The translations under genes were made by a program, and so were the position numbers. Shown one piece after another: positions 58,954-64,000 of a DNA stretch of 64,000 bases. The DNA comes from Armatimonadota bacterium (lineage in GTDB: Bacteria; Armatimonadota; JAAZEB01), in assembly GCA_012512265.1 (NCBI GenBank), contig JAAZEM010000118.1:6679-70678 (forward strand), written 5' to 3'. Numbering within the stretch: position 1 is the first letter of the stretch; the number at the start of each line of letters is the position of its first letter. The notes below the pieces were generated by a model. The model searched no databases. It was not told where the DNA came from and saw only the letters and a program-made list of their open reading frames with translations.

Positions 58954-61900
58954 TCACTTCCCGGCCGGCACCAGCGCCAGGTAGTCGAGGTTCATCCCCC
59001 GGCCATCCAGGTTCGTCATGGTGATCGTGTGCTCGCCTGGCTTGAGGCGGAACACTCGGGGTTTTCGATCCGACGCGCGCACGGTGCCGTGCGCCCAGTC
59101 ACTGACGGTGCTGCTGAAGCCGCCCGTGCCCACGAAGCTCTGCTTGATCGGGGCGCCGCCGTCAATCTGCACCTCGCGCTGGACTGTCACCGGAGTGCAG
59201 TAGCGGACTACCAGCAGATAGTCTCCCTCGGCGGGCACCTGGATCTTCCAGGTGAGCCGGTGGCCGGCGTTGTCCCAGTGGGAGAACGAGCGGCCTACCA
59301 CGTTGGGCTTGTCATCGCGCACCTGGATCTCGCCGCCCTCCTGTGCGGCCACGTCCTCGGCCTGCACCATCGGCACGTCGCGGAGCAGCTCCTCCTCGGC
59401 GCGCAGCGAGGCAACGGTGGAGAGCCGGTCGGCGCCCTCCAGGGTGAGCGTGAGCGGGTAGACCTTGGCGCCGCTCAGCAGCTTTGGCGCCTGCGCCAGC
59501 GAGATGGTGAAGGTGGCCTCAGCGATTTCGCCCGGCGCGGCCTTCACGCGCGCCTCAGTCGCGGAGGCGGTGAGGCCCTCCGGCACGGTGAGCTTCAGCG
59601 TTCCTTCCACGGCCTCGCGCGCGGGCGCGGAGAGCATCGCCTTCACCTGCACCGGCTCGCCGGCGCGGATGCTGGTGGTCGAGGTGCTCATCCACACGGC
59701 TGGGCCCTTCTGGGCGATGTAATACCCGGTGCACGGCACCTGGGCATATCCCATCGCTAGGTGGGCCAGGTCGTAGCGGTAGATCGGATCCCGGACGAGG
59801 GAGACGCGCCGGTCCGTTGCCGGGATCGTGGTGGTATAGATGCGCAGCTCGCCCGGAACGGAGGTGATGATCTCCTCGCGCCAGTCGCCGATCACATCAG
59901 CCCACACCGCCTGGTGGCCCTCCAGGCCGTCGAAGACGACCTGACCATTGTACTTGAGAATGCGCCGGCCGGCCACGATCTCGCGCAGGGCATCCGCGTC
60001 CCAATGGATCGCAGTGGTCGATGGCACCTTCTCATCACGCGCCAGGATCTCGCCCTTGGCGGTGACCAGCCACTTCGGCGGGTTGCCGTGGTAGCGCTGG
60101 CCCGTTGGGTCGCCCTTGGGGTCTTCCGCGGCCCAGCACTCCATGCCGGGGTAGCGCGGATCGATATCGGCGCACATGCCCGAGCCGACGTGCCACGTCT
60201 GCTCCTTCAGGCCCCAGAGGATGTTACCCGTCGCGGCATCCACGATGCAAAGCCCGTTCTCCTTCTGGCGCGGCTCGATGTGGTAGAAGATCTCCAGGCC
60301 GGGGCGCGAGGGATCAATATCCGTCAGGAAGCAGCGGTCTGGGTGACCCAGGCCGGTCGTCCAGAGGCCCTTGCCGTCGTCATCGATGGTACACGAGCCA
60401 AGGACCACTTCATCCCGGCCGTCGCCATCCACATCGCCGCTGTGCATCCAGTGCGCGCCCTGGCCGCGCCAGTTCCCCACAGTTTCCTCGCGGTTGTCCC
60501 AGCGCCACAGCTCTTGCAGCCGGCCCCGACGGAACTGATAGGCGACCAGCTGCATCACGGAGTACGTCCCGCGGGCGAGCAGCAGGCAGGGCGTCTTTCC
60601 ATCCAGGTAGGCGATCCCCATCTGGTTGCGGCTGGCATAGTTGTATCCGGTCAGACCGCCGCCGAAAGCCTCGCGCTTGGGCCACTCGACGCGCGCCCGC
60701 GGCTTGCCGGTAAGGCCGTCGAGGATGACACAGTACTCCGGACCCCGGTGGACGCGGCCATCGGGCCCGCGCGGGTCACCCTCTCCCGCCTTCACGGCCA
60801 CTTCCGCTTTGCCATCGCCATCCAGGTCCCACACGACATAAGGCGAGTACCAGATGCCGCGCTCGATGGCCCAGCCCATATCGTAGCGCCACAGGAAGGT
60901 GCCGTCGTGCAGGTAGGCCTCCAGCTTGTAGGTGTCCGGGCTGGGCGTCCAGTAGGAGTGCGCCGGGTCGATATTGTCCTGCGGCGTCTTGATCACGTAA
61001 TCGAGTCGGCCATCCCCGTTCAGGTCGCCCACGCCCACCTTCTGGAAGGTGTAGTCGCCCTGGAGCTTGATCGAGAGGTAGGGCTTCGCCTCCGGATTGG
61101 CAGGCAGGCGCGCTTCGCCACCAACCGGGCCCTCCTTGCCTCCGACCACCGGGCGCACAGTGTAGACGCTCTCGGCATCGAGCGCCGGGTTTTCATCGAT
61201 GAAGTCGGTGGTCTGGGTGACTGGCGCGCGGTTCAGGCGCACCGGGGCTGCCTTCCCCGAGGCGCGGTAGACGTTGAACGCCACCGTCTCCGGGTCGCTC
61301 TCCAGCAGGCGCCAGCCCAGGTAGACCTTGCCATCCTCGGTAGGCATGGCGACGAGGCCGCGATCCAGCTTTTCCCAAACACGCTCTTTCGCCCACCCGT
61401 TTACCTTTTGCTTTGGCTTCGGTGCCGGCACCGGCGGGCCCGGGCGGAGAGCCACGTCATCGACCCAGACCTGGGCCTTGCCGTACCCGTTCACCCGCAG
61501 GTAGATCTCGTCGACATCGGCCGGAATTTCGGCCACGGCGCGTACCTCCGTCCAGTCGGTCGTCCCCCACACGCCATCCGTGGCGAGCGCCGAGTAGGTC
61601 ACCTTCCCTTGAGAGACGCCGAAGACATGGAGCGTGGCAGAGGCGGTGTCGACGCACTTCATGCGGGCGGTGGCGATCCACGTCTGGCGCGGTTTCACTT
61701 TGGTCCGCCCGGAGTTGGCGAGGTACCAGTCGCGCTCGCCGGTGTTCACGATCTTCGCGCAGCGCGTGCCTTTGGTGCCCTCCCGCGCCAGATCGACCGT
61801 GGTGACACCTTCGCGCGACCAGAACGACCACCCGCTGGAGCGGATATCGCTACCGAACTCGAAGTCGCCGTTCATGACGCCGTTCACCTCGGGCGGGCAG

Positions 61901-62385
61901 GGCGTGAGCGTGATGCAATCGTAGTAGGTGAACCCGGGGTTGTTCGGGTCAGCGTAGCGGTCATCCACCCAGAACTCGAAGCGCCCGTCCCGGATCTCAA
62001 ATTGGCCCAGGCGCCCGCCCAGATCGGAGAGGCGCTTCCACTCTTTGCCATCGAGCGAGACGGCCAGTCCCCTCCCGAACTTGATCGTGACGAGCCACTT
62101 GCCCTTCGGGATGCCGGTGAGCACCGTGTGCAGCACCGGGGCCCCCTCCTCGGGCGTCTCCCGGTCGGCCATCACCCTGGGAGACTGGAGGACTCTGCCG
62201 CCGGACCACTTCTTGTCCGCGTCTGTATCCTTGCTCCATAGGTTCCAGAGGTTTTCTGGCGTGATGTTCTCGCCCCAGGCCGCTTTGGGCGAGCTGACAT
62301 CCTCCGCTTCAAATACCATCTCCTGCTGGCCCGCGACGGGAATCACAAGGAGGACCAGCGCGGCGAGTAAGAGCAGATGTCGCAT
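58954..62385 (-). CDS. Secreted rhamnogalacturonan lyase-like protein (PL11/YesW-type) with CBM-like modules
   Basis: EKLDRGLVA, LGWRLL, FNVYR, GDLNGDG, WDLDGDGKAE, AYLDGKTP, RGTY, GQGAH, GDWREE. Confidence 0.85.
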   Translation of the reverse strand: MRHLLLLAALVLLVIPVAGQQEMVFEAEDVSSPKAAWGENITPENLWNLWSKDTDADKKWSGGRVLQSPRVMADRETPEEGAPVLHTVLTGIPKGKWLVTIKFGRGLAVSLDGKEWKRLSDLGGRLGQFEIRDGRFEFWVDDRYADPNNPGFTYYDCITLTPCPPEVNGVMNGDFEFGSDIRSSGWSFWSREGVTTVDLAREGTKGTRCAKIVNTGERDWYLANSGRTKVKPRQTWIATARMKCVDTASATLHVFGVSQGKVTYSALATDGVWGTTDWTEVRAVAEIPADVDEIYLRVNGYGKAQVWVDDVALRPGPPVPAPKPKQKVNGWAKERVWEKLDRGLVAMPTEDGKVYLGWRLLESDPETVAFNVYRASGKAAPVRLNRAPVTQTTDFIDENPALDAESVYTVRPVVGGKEGPVGGEARLPANPEAKPYLSIKLQGDYTFQKVGVGDLNGDGRLDYVIKTPQDNIDPAHSYWTPSPDTYKLEAYLHDGTFLWRYDMGWAIERGIWYSPYVVWDLDGDGKAEVAVKAGEGDPRGPDGRVHRGPEYCVILDGLTGKPRARVEWPKREAFGGGLTGYNYASRNQMGIAYLDGKTPCLLLARGTYSVMQLVAYQFRRGRLQELWRWDNREETVGNWRGQGAHWMHSGDVDGDGRDEVVLGSCTIDDDGKGLWTTGLGHPDRCFLTDIDPSRPGLEIFYHIEPRQKENGLCIVDAATGNILWGLKEQTWHVGSGMCADIDPRYPGMECWAAEDPKGDPTGQRYHGNPPKWLVTAKGEILARDEKVPSTTAIHWDADALREIVAGRRILKYNGQVVFDGLEGHQAVWADVIGDWREEIITSVPGELRIYTTTIPATDRRVSLVRDPIYRYDLAHLAMGYAQVPCTGYYIAQKGPAVWMSTSTTSIRAGEPVQVKAMLSAPAREAVEGTLKLTVPEGLTASATEARVKAAPGEIAEATFTISLAQAPKLLSGAKVYPLTLTLEGADRLSTVASLRAEEELLRDVPMVQAEDVAAQEGGEIQVRDDKPNVVGRSFSHWDNAGHRLTWKIQVPAEGDYLLVVRYCTPVTVQREVQIDGGAPIKQSFVGTGGFSSTVSDWAHGTVRASDRKPRVFRLKPGEHTITMTNLDGRGMNLDYLALVPAGK

Positions 62386-62703
62386 ATCCTACCTCCAGAT
62401 GGGCGAGCCCGATTAGCGATGGGCCTCTTGTGCCCTGGTATTCTTTGCCCTCTTATTGTGCACCGGCATGGCGAGTCCTGCCCGGGGTGAGGTGGCGCCT
62501 GAAAGCAGGTTCAGGCCGTGGCGGAGCGCCCATCCCTCTCCCTGCGCGGGCCGATGAACCGGGAGGTCGGCCAACCTCGCTCCCGAGCGCGTCGAACTGG
62601 CCCGTGAATATGGGTATACGCCAGGCAATGGGGAGGGCGACACAGCTTCCTCCGGCCCGCCAACGCGGAGGTGCCGGCCTGGAGGGAGTGAAGAGGAGCC
62701 GAT

Positions 62704-63861
62704 ATGGAAGAGCTGAGAAGCGAGCGACACCCGGCCCGCGCCGAGATAAGGAAGCGCGTTCTCGCGCTCTTGCTCGTCTTTGCGGCGGGAGTGGCCTGCG
62801 GCGCGGTGGGGTATCACGTGCCTGTTCACCGCATCGCGGGGATCTCCCCGGCAGATGGACAGCAGAACGGCACGCAAACGCCCCCGGTCCGGCCAACGAC
62901 CCCCGGCGGGTTGTGTGGCGCCGAGAGCAACGTCATCCAGGTGGCACGTGCGGTGGGCCCCGCGGTGGTCACGATAGTGAATATGCAGCGCCCGAGTGGG
63001 AGTAGCGAGCTGCGGCGCGCTGGCTTTGGATCGGGCTTCATCGTCAGAAGCGACGGCTTGATCCTGACGAACCACCATGTCGTCGCGGGAGCCGATCGCG
63101 TTGATGTGGTCACGCTAGGCGACGATCCAATTCCCGCGCGGGTGTTGGGGGCGGACCCGCGCATCGACATCGCCGTGCTCCAGGTGGAAAGGCGGAACCT
63201 GCCAGTCGTTCCGATTGGCAGTTCGGACCGGCTCCAGGTGGGGCAGCAGGCGATCGCGATCGGAAACTCTCTCGGTTTCGAGCGCACGGTGACCGTGGGC
63301 GTGTTGAGCGCACTGGATCGGGCGATTCCAGGCGCGGGGACGCCTCTGCGCGATCTGATCCAGACAGACGCGGCGATCCACCCCGGGAACAGTGGCGGGC
63401 CGCTCCTCGATAGCTGCGGGCGCGCCATCGGCGTGAACACGGCGGCAGTTCGGGGCCCGGCCGGCACAGGGGGCATCGGCTTCGCGGTGCCGATCAACAC
63501 GGCGATGCGCGCCGTGGACGACGTCACCCGCCACGGGCGAATCATCGTGCCGTGGATGGGAATCTCCTACGCGGAGATCTCCGAGAACCTCGCACGTGCC
63601 TACGACCTGCCGGTCGAAGAAGGCGTGATCGTGAGCGCCGTGGCAGCCAACAGCCCGGCAGCACGCGCCGGGCTCCGTTCAGGCGATATCATCGTATCGC
63701 TGGATGGCGCGCCGCTCACGAGCGCGGGCCGGCTTCAGGAGCTGATCCGCGAGGCCGATGTGGGCCAGCGCGTTCAGCTCGGCATCTTGCGTGATGGCCG
63801 CCGCCAGACGCTCACCCTGGTGTTGGAGGAGATGCCCCGCGAGCAGACTGTCGGCGGATAG
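62704..63861 (+). CDS. HtrA/DegP-family serine protease with PDZ domain
   Basis: GSGFI, LTNHHV, DIAVL, IQTDAAIHPGNSGGPL, C-terminal PDZ. Confidence 0.95.
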   Translation: MEELRSERHPARAEIRKRVLALLLVFAAGVACGAVGYHVPVHRIAGISPADGQQNGTQTPPVRPTTPGGLCGAESNVIQVARAVGPAVVTIVNMQRPSGSSELRRAGFGSGFIVRSDGLILTNHHVVAGADRVDVVTLGDDPIPARVLGADPRIDIAVLQVERRNLPVVPIGSSDRLQVGQQAIAIGNSLGFERTVTVGVLSALDRAIPGAGTPLRDLIQTDAAIHPGNSGGPLLDSCGRAIGVNTAAVRGPAGTGGIGFAVPINTAMRAVDDVTRHGRIIVPWMGISYAEISENLARAYDLPVEEGVIVSAVAANSPAARAGLRSGDIIVSLDGAPLTSAGRLQELIREADVGQRVQLGILRDGRRQTLTLVLEEMPREQTVGG

Positions 63862-64000
63862 CCCGATCACTGCGCAGGAGAGTGGAGCCCGCCGGGCGTT
63901 TGTCGCGGGGCGCCCGGCTCCCCGCGGTTCTGAGGACCTCGCGGCCTCATCACGGATCGGTGGCGTCGCAAATCGGCGCGCCATAGCAGGCCCGGCGGCT

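Overview
GC-rich bacterial chromosome-like DNA. The gene families (DUF1559 prepilin-type H-X9-DG protein, DUF6785-like transporter, large secreted CBM/glycanase proteins, RNase Y, LCP) suggest Armatimonadota or a similar Terrabacteria lineage (inference). It carries housekeeping and metabolic genes (aspartase/fumarase, dapA, rny, recX, thpR, pta, thiM, thiE, HtrA, tRNA-Glu), an orphan CcrM-like DNA methyltransferase, a c-di-GMP-I riboswitch with no obvious target ORF, and several large putative glycan-degrading proteins. The most striking feature is at ~25.9-28.2 kb: twelve degenerate 20-bp direct repeats (consensus about AATAGTGTGYTWYNGRRCAA), the last seven spaced at near multiples of 11 bp, directly upstream of a plasmid-type replication initiator (Rep). 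This iteron-Rep module sits between rny-recX-thpR and tRNA-Glu, with no integrase, parAB or DnaA boxes that I could see, and is a candidate chromosome- or chromid-resident plasmid-type origin. All protein family calls come from motif recognition by eye, not database searches.
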